Below are positions 43,765 to 57,654 of a stretch of 64,000 nt of DNA, piece after piece. The first letter of the stretch is position 1, and every line of letters starts with the position of its first letter. Source of the stretch: Macrostomum lignano (taxonomy: Eukaryota); NCBI GenBank assembly GCA_002269645.1, contig NIVC01000052.1, positions 434,001 through 498,000 of the forward strand. The letters are read 5' to 3'. The translations under genes and the position numbers were made by a program. The notes beneath the pieces were generated by a model that ran no database searches, was not told the origin of the DNA, and saw only the letters and a program-made list of their open reading frames with translations.

Positions 43765-46293
43765 CCATGCATATATTGTGGTACAGTAATCTGCATATAT
43801 GTACACCATGCATATATATTAGCTGCAGTAATCATAACCATGCATATATTGTGGTACAGTAATCTGCATATATGTACACCATGCATATATATTAGCTGCA
43901 GTAATCATAACCATGCATATATATTAGCTGCTGCAGTAATCATAACCATGCATATATATTAGCTGCTGCAGTAATCATAACCATGCATATATATTAGCTG
44001 CAGTAATCATTACCATGCATATATATTAGCTCCAGTAATCATTATCATGCATATATATTAGCTGCTGCAGTAATCATAACCATGCATATATATTAGCTGC
44101 AGTAATCATAACCATGCATATATATTAGCTGCAGTAATCATTACCATGCATATATATATTAGCTGCAGTAATCATTACCATGCATATATATTAGCTGCAG
44201 TAATCATTACCATGCATATATATTAGCTGCAGTAATCATAACCATGCATATATATTAGCTGCAGTAATCATTACCATGCATATATATTAGCTCCAGTAAT
44301 CATTATCATGCATATATATTAGCTCCAGTAATCATTACCATGCATATATATTAGCTGCAGTAATCATTACCATGCATATATATTAGCTGCAGTAATCATA
44401 ACCATGCATATATATATTAGCTGCAGTAATCATAACCATGCATATATATTAGCTGCAGTAATCATTACCATGCATATATATTAGCTGCAGTAATCATTAT
44501 CATTCATATATCTTAGCTGCAGTAATCATAACCATGCATTTATTGTGGTACAGTAATCATTACCATGCATATATATTAGCTGCAGTAATCATTACCATGC
44601 ATATATATTAGCTGCAGTAATCATAACCATGCATATATATTAGCTACAGTAATCATAACCATGCATATATATTAGCTGCAGTAATCATTACCATGCATAT
44701 ATATTAGCTACAGTAATCATAACCATGCATATATATTAGCTGCAGTAATCATAACCATGCATATATATTAGCTACAGTAATCATTACCATGCATATATAT
44801 ATTAGCTGCAGTAATCATTACCATGCATATCTATTAGCTGCAGTAATCATTACCATGCATATATATTAGCTACAGTAACCATTACCATGCATATTTACTA
44901 GCTACAGTAATCATTACCATGCAAATATATTAGCTGCAGTAATCATTATCATGCATATATATTAGCTGCAGTAATCATAACCATGCATTTATTGTGGTAC
45001 AGTAATCATTACCATACATATATATTAGCTGCAGTAATCATTACCATGCATATATATTAGCTGCAGTAATCATAACCATGCATATATATTAGCTACAGTA
45101 ATCATAACCATGCATATATATTAGCTGCAGTAATCATTACCATGCATATATATTAGCTACAGTAATCATAACCATGCATATATATTAGCTGCAGTAATCA
45201 TTATCATGCATATATATTAGCTGCAGTAATCATTACCATGCATATATATTAGCTGCAGTAATCATAACCATGCATATATATTAGCTGCAGTAATCATTAC
45301 CATGCATATATATTAGCTGCAGTAATCATTACCATGCATATATATTAGCTACAGTAACCATTACCATGCATATTTACTAGCTACAGTAATCATTACCATG
45401 CAAATATATTAGCTGCAGTAATCATTATCATGCATATATATTAGCTGCAGTAATCATAACCATGCATTTATTGTGGTACAGTAATCATTACCATGCATAT
45501 ATATTAGCTGCAGTAATCATTACCATGCATATATATTAGCTGCAGTAATCATAACCATGCATATATATTAGCTACAGTAATCATAACCATGCATATATAT
45601 TAGCTGCAGTAATCATTACCATGCATATATATTAGCTACAGTAATCATAACCATGCATATATATTAGCTGCAGTAATCATTACCATGCATATATATTAGC
45701 TACAGTAATCATAACCATGCATATATATTAGCTGCAGTAATCATTACCATGCATATATATTAGCTGCAGTAATCATTACCATGCATATATATTAGCTGCA
45801 GTAATCATAACCATGCATATATATTAGCTGCAGTAATCATTACCATGCAAATATATTAGCTGCAGTAATCATTACCATGCATATATATTAGCTGCAGTAA
45901 TCATTACCATGCATATATATTAGCTACAGTAACCATTACCATGCATATTTACTAGCTACAGTAATCATTACCATGCAAATATATTAGCTGCAGTAATCAT
46001 TATCATGCATATATATTAGCTGCAGTAATCATAACCATGCATTTATTGTGGTACAGTAATCATTACCATGCATATATATTAGCTGCAGTAATCATTACCA
46101 TGCATATATATTAGCTGCAGTAATCATAACCATGCATATATATTAGCTGCAGTAATCATTACCATGCATATATATTAGCTGCAGTAATCATTACCATGCA
46201 TATATATTAGCTGCAGTAATCATTACCATGCATATATATTAGCTGCAGTAATCATTACCATGCATATATATTAGCTGCTGCAGTAATCATTAC
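43765..46293. repeat. 32-bp AT-rich minisatellite (ACCATGCATATATATTAGCTGCAGTAATCATT)n
   Basis: About 79 copies, ending flush with the nuclear receptor donor site at 46292-46293. Confidence 0.97.
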
Positions 46294-49200
46294 CTGACAA
46301 GCGCACCGCAGCATTCAACTCCGGCTCCATCAGCAGGCGGTCCCCAGTGAGGCCGCTTCTGCGCATCTCCTCAGAGCGCAGGTGGCACCAGAACAGGCCG
46401 ATGATTGACATGTGCACGCTGACCACTGCGTCTGCGTCTTCGAATGTTGACTGCGGCTCCTGGATGCCCAGGACTGCGGGGGTTTTGGGGGGATGGGCGA
46501 TTGGATAAAGGATTGCTTTCCTACCTCATCTATCCTACCCAATCTATCCTACCCCATCCATCCTACCCCATCTATCCTACCCCCATCTATCCTACCCCAT
46601 CTATCCTACCCATCTATCCTACCCCCATCTATCCTACCCCATCTATCCTACCCATCTATCCTACTCGATCTATCCTACCCCATCTATCCTACCCCATCTA
46701 TCCTACCCCATCTATCCTACCCCATCTATCCTACCCCATCTATCCTACCCCATCTATCCTACCCCATCTATCCTACCCAATCTATCCTACCCCATCTATC
46801 CTACCCCATCTATCCTACCCATCTATCCTACTCGATCTATCCTACCCCATCTATCCTACCCCATCTATCCTACCCATCTATCCTACTCGATCTATCCTAC
46901 CCCATCTATCCTACCCCATCTATCCTACCCATCTATCCTACTCGATCTATCCTACCCCATCTATCCTACCCCATCTATCCTACTCGATCTATCCTACCCC
47001 ATCTATCCTACCCAATCTATCCTACCCCATCTATCCTACCCCATCTATCCTACCCATCTATCCTACTCGATCTATCCTACCGCATCTATCCTACCCCATC
47101 TATCCTACCCATCTATCCTACCCATCTATCCTACCCCATCTATCCTACCCATCTATCCTACCCATCTATCCTACTTGATCTATCCTACCCCATCTATCCT
47201 ACCCCATCTATCCTACCCCATTTATCCTACCCCCATCTATCCTACCCCATTTATCCTACCCCCATCTATCCTACCCCATCTATCCTACCCATCTATCCTA
47301 CTCGATCTATCCTACCCCATCTATCCTACCCCATTTATCCTACCCCATCTATCCTACCCCATCTATCCTACCCAATCTATCCTACCCCATCTATCCTACC
47401 CCATCTATCCCACCCCCATCTATCCTACCCCATTTATCCTACCCCATCTATCCTACCCCATCTATCCTACCCCATCTATCCTACCCCATCTATCCTACCC
47501 ATCTATCCTACTTGATCTATCCTACCCCATCTATCCTACCCCATCTATCCTACCCCATTTATCCTACCCCCATCTATCCTACCCCATTTATCCTACCCCC
47601 ATCTATCCTACCCCATCTATCCTACCCATCTATCCTACTCGATCTATCCTACCCCATCTATCCTACCCCATTTATCCTACCCCATCTATCCTACCCCATC
47701 TATCCTACCCAATCTATCCTACCCCATCTATCCTACCCCCATCTATCCTACCCCATCTATCCTACCCATCTATCCTACCCCCATCTATCCTACCCCATCT
47801 ATCCCACCCCCATCTATCCTACCCCATTTATCCTACCCCATCTATCCTACCCCATCTATCCTACCCCATCTATCCTACCCCATCTATCCTACCCATCTAT
47901 CCTACTTGATCTATCCTACCCCATCTATCCTACCCCATCTATCCTACCCCATTTATCCTACCCCCATCTATCCTACCCCATTTATCCTACCCCCATCTAT
48001 CCTACCCCATCTATCCTACCCATCTATCCTACTCGATCTATCCTACCCCATCTATCCTACCCCATTTATCCTACCCCATCTATCCTACCCCATCTATCCT
48101 ACCCCATCTATCCTACCCCCATCTATCCTACCCCCATCTATCCTACCCCATCTATCCAACCCCATCTATCCTACCCCATCTATCCTACCCCCATCTATCC
48201 TACCCCCATCTATCCTACCCCATCTATCCAACCCCATCTATCCTACCCCATCTATCCTACCCCATCTATCCTACCCCCATCTATCCTACCCCCATCTATC
48301 CTACCCAATATATCCTACACCATCTATCCTACCCCCCATCTATCCTACCCCCATCTATCCTACCCCCATCTATCCTACCCCATCTATCTTACCACATCTA
48401 TCCTACCCCATCTATCCTACCCCATCTATCCTACCCCCATCTATCCTACCCCATCTATCCTACCCCAATCCTACCCCCATCTATCCTACCCCATCTATCC
48501 TACCCATCTATCCTACTCGATCTATCCTACCCCATCTATCCTACCTATCTATCCTACCCATCTATCCTACCCCATCTATCCTACCTATCTATCCTACCCA
48601 TCTATCCTACCCCATCTATCCTACCCCATCTATCCTACCCCATCTATCCTACCCATCTATCCTACCCCATCTATCCTACCCCATCTATCCTACCCCAATC
48701 CTACCCCCATCTATCCTACCCCATCTATCCTACTCATCTATCCTACTCATCTATCCTACTCGATCTATCCTACCCTATCTATCCTACCTATCTATCCTAC
48801 CCATCTATCCTACCCCATCTATCCTACCTATCTATCCTACCCATCTATCCTACCCCATCTATCCTACTCGATCTATCCTACCCATTTATCCTACCCCATC
48901 TATCCTACTGGATCTATCCTACCCGATCTATCCTACCCACCTATCCTACCCCTCTAGGAGACCTGTGGCCACCCTGGCGTGACATCGTTCTGCAACCAGC
49001 ACCGGATGCAATTCTGCCCATCCCACTGACTCCCGAGAACACACAAGCGCGCCAATACTGTAATCATACACACGCTCACACATGGTGTACGGAGGCCCTG
49101 ACTCTCGAATCTTTAGGCATGTACACTCTCTGTAGCTTGGGGGCTGGCCCTCATGGCTGTGAATCGCACAACCCCCCCCCTCCCCGGCCAATTTTCGTGC

Positions 49201-52200
49201 ACACCAGCCGCAAATGAAAGTCAGACAAAGTAAGCATCTCAGCTCACAGGGCGATGTCAAGCACAGTGCGGACATAAACGCCAGCTCCGCTTCCGTGATC
49301 CGAAGCGCATCCCACTCCGCCGACACATTGTTCAGCAGGCCCAGGAACAGGTTGCGAAGCAGAGGGTGGCTCGAATACTGCAGAAAGCCCCTGTGAAGGT
49401 GAGACGGGTATTGAGGTAGGTGTACAGTTAAAAAAACTGAGTCACGTGATGTCTGAGGAGGGTTGGAGTTAAAAGTACATTCAAAGGGACACTATGAGTC
49501 ACGGGATATCTAGCAAAAAGCAGCATGCCGATGTACACTAATGCTGGACTTTACAGTGTCCTGGTATAGCTGAAAGGGATCCCGGGGTCACGTGATGCCC
49601 GGGTACAATAAAGCAGTGCTCAACGGCCAAGCCAACCTTGACAGCCGGTAGGAGCCGCACGGATCGAGTACGCAGTCGTCGGATCTCCTGACTAGCGAGG
49701 CGCAGCAGTGCATAGCGATGACGCGCGGACTGTGACGAGTCAGCAGCTCGCGCTTATCAGCCAGCGTCAGCGCCTCGGCGCAGCTGACGGTTACAGAGTG
49801 GTCGGCGCAAGTGTTCGCAGCTGACGCGGAGCTGCCACCGAAAATGCAGGTGCTGAAGGCGAGCACCCGTGACAACAGGCGAGGCGTGATGGCAGCGAGG
49901 CTGGCTAGAATCTCCGGCTCCTGATACCACTGCGGTTCGGGCAGCTGCTGTAGAATGTGTGAAGTTATTCATATATACAGTGTGCTCTCTGTCATGCATC
50001 ATGTGTGTACCTATAGTGTAGTAAGTCTGCCATGAGCATCTGTAAGTATTTTTAGCAACGGTGCGTCACATGATTATTAAGGGCACGGGGGAGTGGGGTG
50101 GTGGGGTTTTACACAACTGTCTAGAGCATGGAGGAATGGGGTAGTGGGGTTTTAAACAACTGTCTAGAGCATGGAGGAATGGGGTGGTGGGGGTTTTACA
50201 ACAGTCTAGAGCATGGAGGAATGGGGTGGTGGGGTTTTACCAAACTGTCTAGAGCATGGAGGAATGGGGTGGTGGGTTTTTAGACAACTGTCTAGGGCAT
50301 GGAGGAATGGGGTGGTGGGGTTTTAAACAACTGTCTAGAGCATGGAGGAATGGGGTGGTGGGGTTTCACCAAACTGTCTAGAGCATGGAGGAATGGGGTG
50401 GTGGGGTTTCACCAAACTGTCTAGGGCATGGAGGAATGGGGTGGTGGGGTTTTACCAAACTGTCTAGGGCATGGAGGAATGGGGTGGTGGGGTTTTACCA
50501 AACTGTCTAGGCCATGGAGGAATGGGGTGGTGGGGTTTAAACGACTGTCTAGAGCATGGAGGAATGGGGTGGTGGGGTTTAAACAACTGTCTAGGCCATG
50601 GAGGAATGGGGTGGTGGGGTTTAAACGACTGTCTAGGGCACGAGTGAATGGTAATGAGGTGTCAAATGATTTTATTAGGGTGGTGGGGTGATGGACGTAA
50701 CGTGTTTCAAATGACTATTTTAGGACACAGGCGAGGGGTGGTGGGGCATCTAAGACTTTTTAAAATAAAAGCAGACTAATGTAGCTGTGGTTGAATGGAG
50801 CGAACAGATGAGTGGAAGTCGATTTCACGCAATTCTATCAAATGATGGTGATGGTTTCGGCTTTTTAAAAAAATCTAATTAAATCTAAAAAGGGGTTTTA
50901 TTCTTTTTTAAATCGCTTTTCATCAAAAAATCCCAAAAACTTGAACGAATAAACGAAGCCAATTTTGAGCGAGGAGAAATTGCCATCTTTAGACTGCCCT
51001 AATTTTTAGCAGTGGAAACGTGACGTCAAGAAAGAAGGCTCGGCTCTGCTGTAGCTGTACTCAAATTGAAACAAAATTACTGGAGACCAGCTCAATTTGA
51101 AATTTTCCAAATATTTTTTCTCAACCCCCTACAAATAAAAAACAGGAAATGCGAGCTATCCTACTTGTAAGTAGACTAAATGTATGCGAAGCTAAAATTT
51201 ATAACGGAGGATCAATAATCCATTGTTTGGCCTTCCCATGTAACAAGAATTTATTGACCTTGAATAGCGGAGTCAACACAGCGGAGGCAACCAAGTGCAG
51301 TGGCGGCACGCTAACAGGCATGAATCATCAGTCGTTGTGAGTTGCTAGGGTTGAAAGTTAGAATTCCTTTTTTATACACTTTGTGTTTCTTAGAAAAATT
51401 GAAGGCCGGCTGTACGCAAAAACAAAGCGATGGTTCTTTCAGCAGAAGCAGATAAAGCGTTACTTCTAAAACCTATGGCGTGAAGCCAGCCTTCAGAGAT
51501 TTTCTAAGACCGCTCACCGACACGATGGTCTGGTGGTCGGCGGCACTCAGCCTCGGCAGCGGCCGGCAGCGCCAGTGGCAGCGCAGCAGCAGGCTGGCAT
51601 CGTCGGTCAGCGCCGCGGTGGCCGAGGCCGCAGATGCCGAGAACCCGCCATTGCCGGCGGCCGCCAGATTGAAGTCGGCCTCCCAGGCGGCCGAGAACTC
51701 GTCCACAGTTGACAGGACGAGCTGCGTGGCCGGCAGGCAGCCGGCGGTCTCGGTGGTCAGGCGGTCGGCCAGAGGGCCGGCCAGGCGCAGCAGCAGCTGC
51801 TGGGAGAGGCCGCAGACAGCCGGCGGGTCCCACAGCAGGCAGCCCGGACGGCGGGACTTTTTAGGCGGCGCTCGCGACTGGCGCAGCTGCAGAATTCGCC
51901 GGTGCCGGCTGAAGAGCCGCACGCTGGCCTGCCGCTGCTGTTTCTGTTGCTGCGGCGGCGGTGGCGGCGGCGGCGGCGGCGGCATTGGCAACGGCGGTGG
52001 CGGCAGCGGCGGCAGCGGCGGCAGCGGCAGCGCAGGCAGCGGGGACGGCGGCAGGGTCGACGGAATCAGGGGAGGAGGGGGCGGATTGGCTGCTGCTGCC
52101 GCCGCTGCCTTGTCCACCCGGCGGTAGCAGCTCCGCTTGATACGGATGGTCTCGAAGTCGTGCCGGGCCTGTACGAGGTAGGCCAGCAGCTGCTGGTCGC

Positions 52201-53281
52201 CGATGCCCGCCGCCTCAATTCGGCCAGTCGATTTGGCGGTGGCGGCCGCCGAGTCGCAGCGCTTCGACCGGCGCCCAAGCTTGGAGCGGCGTCGGCCCAT
52301 GTTGACCGCGCAGCACTTCTTCAGGCGGCACCACTGGCAGGCGTTGCGGGTGGCCGGCGAGATCGCCAGTGGCGCCTCCGAGTGGCCGCAGGGCGCCCCA
52401 GCGTACCCGGAGACCACCACGCGGCGGAAGAAGCCCTGGGGGCGGGAGCGGAGTGCCGAGGATCCTGCCTGAGACCAGTCCGCTGTGTCTCCGTCTATGG
52501 GTTGTCCTCTTTGCTCTCTCCCTCTCATTCCCCTCTCCCTCTCCTTCCCCTCTTCCTCTCTCCCTCTCCTTCCTCTCTCCCTCTCTCCCTCTCCTTCGCC
52601 TCTCCCTCTCCTTCTTCCTCTCTCCCTCTTCTTCGCCTCTTCCTCTCTCCCTCTCCTTCCTCTCTCCCTCTCTCCCTCTCCTTCCTCTCTCCCTCTCCTT
52701 CCCCTCTTCCTCTCTCCCTCTCCTTCCTCTCTCCCTCTCTCCCTCTCCTTCGCCTCTCCCTCTCCTTCTTCCTCTCTCCCTCTTCTTCGCCTCTCCCTCT
52801 CCTTCTTCCTCTCTCCCTCTTCTTCCTCTCTTACTCTCACTAAGACTCTCCCTCTCATTCTCCCTAAGACTCCCCCTCTCATTCTCCCTAAGACTCTCCC
52901 TCTCATTCTCCCTAAGACTCTCCCTCTCATTCTCCCTAAGACTCCCCCTCTCATTCTCCCTAAGACTCTCCCTAAGACTCTCCTTCTCACTCTCCCTCTC
53001 ACCTTGCAGCCCTCACAGGCGGGCACACCGTAGTGAACCCCGCTGGCGGTGTCACTGCAGACGGCGCAGATCTCGACAGCTTGAGTTGCCGCAGAGTCGG
53101 TATTGAGCTGCTGCTGCTGGGGCTGCTGAGTTTGCGGCAGATGATGAGGCAGAGGAGATGCTGGAGCCGATGCAGAAGAGATCAGGCTGTTATCGTCAGG
53201 CAAATCCAGGATAGCAAGCAGCTCGCTTGATGCGCTGTCGCAGCCGGAGTTGCTGCTGATGCAGGCATCCGAGCTGATCAT
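46294..53281 (-). CDS. Nuclear hormone receptor, NR1 subfamily, E75/E78/Rev-erb-like DNA-binding domain with divergent ligand-binding domain; last exon uncertain
   Basis: Exons 53281-53003 (CAVC...HYGVPACEGCK), 52435-51518 (GFFRR...CQWCRLKKCCAVNM plus Pro/Gln-rich hinge), 49947-49637 (ITPRLLSRVLAF, LTLADKRELL), 49390-49248 (LRITEAELAFMSALCLTSP) and 46473-46294 (LLMEPEL) are phase-compatible with GT-AG borders. P-box EGCKG; intron after CEGCK is the canonical NR position. Start ATG at 53281 is inferred. Confidence 0.88.
46520..48952. repeat. 13-15-bp minisatellite (CTATCCTACCCCAT)n in a nuclear receptor intron
   Basis: About 170 copies; TGATCTATCC variants recur at 47175, 47512 and 47906. Confidence 0.97.
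50095..50640. repeat. 43-bp minisatellite (GTCTAGAGCATGGAGGAATGGGGTGGTGGGGTTTTAAACAACT)n in a nuclear receptor intron
   Basis: About 13 copies. Confidence 0.93.
52510..53002. repeat. CT-rich low-complexity/minisatellite tract filling the DBD intron
   Basis: TCTCCC-based units plus a 24-bp CCCTCTCATTCTCCCTAAGACT-type unit. Confidence 0.9.
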
Positions 53282-54640
53282 TCCTTTGAGCAGGAAGTGT
53301 ATCCCGAATCGGCCTATTTCTGTCAGGCAGATGCGTATCGAGGTTGTACCGAAGAGTCTGGGGCAGCTATATGGAGAGACAGAGAGTAAAAGTACACATA
53401 AGTAGGAGAGGCCCTGCGCGACGGACGGATAAACTAGTTTAAACCGACTGCTCCGCACAGAGGCAGGGGGAAGGGGAAGGGGAGAATGACGAGATCCGTG
53501 GCAAGGACTTCTAAATTTAGCATCAATCGGATTGGAAACTCGCCCAAACAACTAAGTACTCGTAGCTGACCTCTTACGTTCCTTCTATCACAGACCCCAA
53601 ATTATGGAATATGAATAGCGCTTGGACAAAAATGCAAGCATATTAATACATGCACTCACATATCACGCAGGAAGTCAGACTCAAAGATATGGAATAAGTA
53701 ATAAAAATGTAAAATAATAACAATCCTTACCCAGAATGCAGAGCTGGTATTGCTAAACAAATAGTTACGCAAATCAATAGCAGGGCTAAACGATGCTTGA
53801 GCTGGAGTCTTTCTGAGACACAAACTCAATTTCTGATTGTTGTGTCTGTGGGGGGGGGAACTCAGACTAGCGGAACGGGAGCACATCCTTGACATATAAG
53901 CCTCTGCCACGGTCCAATGCCTGGCTTGCCAACCCAACCAACCAGCAGACTGCGGCCTACACCCAAGTCTGCAGTGAGCCAGTTTGCGCCGGATCAGACC
54001 AACCTGGTTTCCCTTCCCTTCTCCCCAGCAACCACACCCACCTCCCACACAGAAGCCTGTCTTCCACTAAGCCCCCCCCCCAAACTCCAGCGCTTGTGAC
54101 CTTAGAACTCTTCTCTGTCGCGTGCAAATTTTCGTACTATTTCTATGCCAGAACTGCTAGCTGTTGACTGCGGCAAAATATGAGTATGGTGGCAATTTTA
54201 ATTGGTTTTCAACAACAAATAATCCATTACAAATATAGCCAAATAGGCAGTTTAGACGCGGCTTTATCCACCAAGCTAAAAGCAGAAAAATTTAGTGGGA
54301 TTTTTTTGTGCTCCACTGCACTGTCAGGCATGCAGTGCACGCCAGCCAACGCTATTGGCACTCAACAGTCAAACAGAGGGTAACGAAATCTGTCGTTTTG
54401 AGGAGGAGTGCATACATTCCAAAGGCATTGAACTCTGGCCATCTGAGAGTCGCTTATAAAACAAGCGTGGGCAATCGAGAGGAATTTGCAGTGTTATTAT
54501 CGACCCGGTTGGGGGGTCTGCCAGACCTTGCAGCTAAGCTCTACTGCTCGCAGCACGACTCATTTTATATTTTGCACAGTGAACTCAGTTGTTCCACCAC
54601 TAGCGAATAACAGAACTGCGACTCTGGCAAATGGGTACAG

Positions 54641-54643
54641 ATG

Positions 54644-54699
<56 letters not shown>

Positions 54700-54700
54700 G

Positions 54701-54746
<46 letters not shown>

Positions 54747-54747
54747 A

Positions 54748-54846
<99 letters not shown>

Positions 54847-54855
54847 AAGACACTA

Positions 54856-54894
<39 letters not shown>

Positions 54895-54895
54895 A

Positions 54896-54976
<81 letters not shown>

Positions 54977-55065
54977 AAGACACTAAGACAGACAGACAGA
55001 CAGACAGAAAGACACTAAGACAGACACTAAGACAGACAGACAGACACTAAGACAGACACTAAGAC

Positions 55066-55132
<67 letters not shown>

Positions 55133-55133
55133 A

Positions 55134-55228
<95 letters not shown>

Positions 55229-55237
55229 AAGACACTA

Positions 55238-55276
<39 letters not shown>

Positions 55277-55277
55277 A

Positions 55278-55356
<79 letters not shown>

Positions 55357-55357
55357 G

Positions 55358-55399
<42 letters not shown>

Positions 55400-55404
55400 A
55401 AGAA

Positions 55405-55483
<79 letters not shown>

Positions 55484-55492
55484 AAGACACTA

Positions 55493-55531
<39 letters not shown>

Positions 55532-55532
55532 A

Positions 55533-55617
<85 letters not shown>

Positions 55618-55706
55618 AAGACACTAAGACAGACAGACAGACAGACAGAAAGACACTAAGACAGACACTAAGACAGACAGACAGACACTAAGACAGACAC
55701 TAAGAC

Positions 55707-55773
<67 letters not shown>

Positions 55774-55774
55774 A

Positions 55775-55853
<79 letters not shown>

Positions 55854-55862
55854 AAGACACTA

Positions 55863-55901
<39 letters not shown>

Positions 55902-55922
55902 AAGACAGACAGACAGACAGAC

Positions 55923-55963
<41 letters not shown>

Positions 55964-56060
55964 AAGACACTAAGACAGACAGACAGACAGACAGAAAGAC
56001 ACTAAGACAGACACTAAGACAGACAGACAGACACTAAGACAGACAGACAGAAAGACACTA

Positions 56061-56091
<31 letters not shown>

Positions 56092-56100
56092 AAGACACTA

Positions 56101-56131
<31 letters not shown>

Positions 56132-56232
56132 AAGACACTAAGACAGACAGACAGACAGACAGAAAGACACTAAGACAGACAGACAGACAGACAGAAAGAC
56201 AGACAGACAGACAGAAAAACATTAAGACAGAC

Positions 56233-56327
<95 letters not shown>

Positions 56328-56345
56328 CTAAGACAGACACAGACA
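54641..56345. repeat. (GACA)n microsatellite with GAAA and CTAA variants
   Basis: 1.7 kb tetranucleotide tract. Confidence 0.98.
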
Positions 56346-56814
56346 CCCAGCAAAGGAGACAAATAATGCAAGGCCTGAACGCTAACACGAAACGGTTGAA
56401 TAATAAAAACAGCAAATTCATGCAGACTAAAACTGAAGAAAAGCGAAGCCCCAGACCAACCTGGGCACTTCAAAGTGCACAGTCCGGACATTTATTTGAA
56501 TAAAAAGCCACAGACTAAAAACCTTGCAACGTTAATAAAATGAACACAGCAAAATACCGAGAGATAGAAGTTATAATAAATTCTATTTAAAAAATATGGC
56601 AATGGCATGATGTAACAAAAGCAGAGGCCAAGCCTGACTAGCGGCTGAATAGGCTGGCGAGCACTGTTAGCCTATTATGCTAATAAAAACACTAAATATC
56701 ATACAAGCTGGCTAAAATAGCAGCAACAGCTGTTGAAAAGACAAAAGCTAAAATAATAAAAAACATGACTTTATAAAATTGGAAACACAGATTAGAGGCA
56801 TTGAAGATGCTGGA

Positions 56815-56896
<82 letters not shown>

Positions 56897-57290
56897 GATA
56901 GAGTGGGAGATAGAGAGATAGGGACAGAGTGAGATAGGGACAGTGAGATAGGGACAGAGTGAGATAGGGACAGTGAGATAGGGACAGAGTGAGATAGGGA
57001 GAGAGTGAGATAGGGAGAGAGTGAGATAGGGAGAGAGTGAGATAGGGAGAGAGTGAGATAGGGACAGTGAGATAGGGAGAGAGTGAGATAGGGAGAGTGA
57101 GATAGGGAGAGAGTGAGATAGGGAGAGAGTGAGATAGGGAGAGAGAGATAGCGAGAGAGTGGGATAGGGAGAGAGTGAGATAGGGAGAGAGTGAGATAGG
57201 GAGAGAGTGAGATAGGGACAGAGTGAGATAGGGAGAGAGTGAGATAGGGAGAGAGATAGAAAGTTAGATAGGGAGAGAATGAGGTAGACA
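56815..57290. repeat. (GA)n followed by 14-bp (GAGTGAGATAGGGA)n
   Basis: Visible periodicity. Confidence 0.95.
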
Positions 57291-57654
57291 GAGTGAGACG
57301 GTGAGACTGGAGAGAGCTCCAGCACACACGAGAACCTGCGCCCCAGACAACATGCACAATATGTGCTATTACTACAAAAGAATGACCTATGACAATAGAA
57401 GCTCACAAAAAGTATTTAGAAAATGAATCGAATAACAATATAAATATCGTGTACAATAAAACTCGAGAAGCGTGTTGTTAATATTGCAAAAATGCTTAGT
57501 AAACATGACTAAATATAGCAAACAAAAAACTCACGCCAGGCCAGAAAGAATCGACAGTCATTTATACGGCATGCAAGCAAGCGAGGAGGATATGGAGAAA
57601 AATGGTATAAATTTATGATGAGATTTCAAAAAGTCCCCAGCTAACTGTCTCTAA

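Noticed and set aside
46444-48982. Pro/Tyr-rich ORFs on plus (YPIYPTPSILPHLS)
   Set aside because: A 14-bp array antisense within a nuclear receptor intron.
51473-53551. Treating the 692-aa ORF as the whole nuclear receptor
   Set aside because: It includes a 567-nt intron and probable upstream intron or UTR sequence, and lacks the downstream LBD exons; the spliced model fits conserved motifs better.
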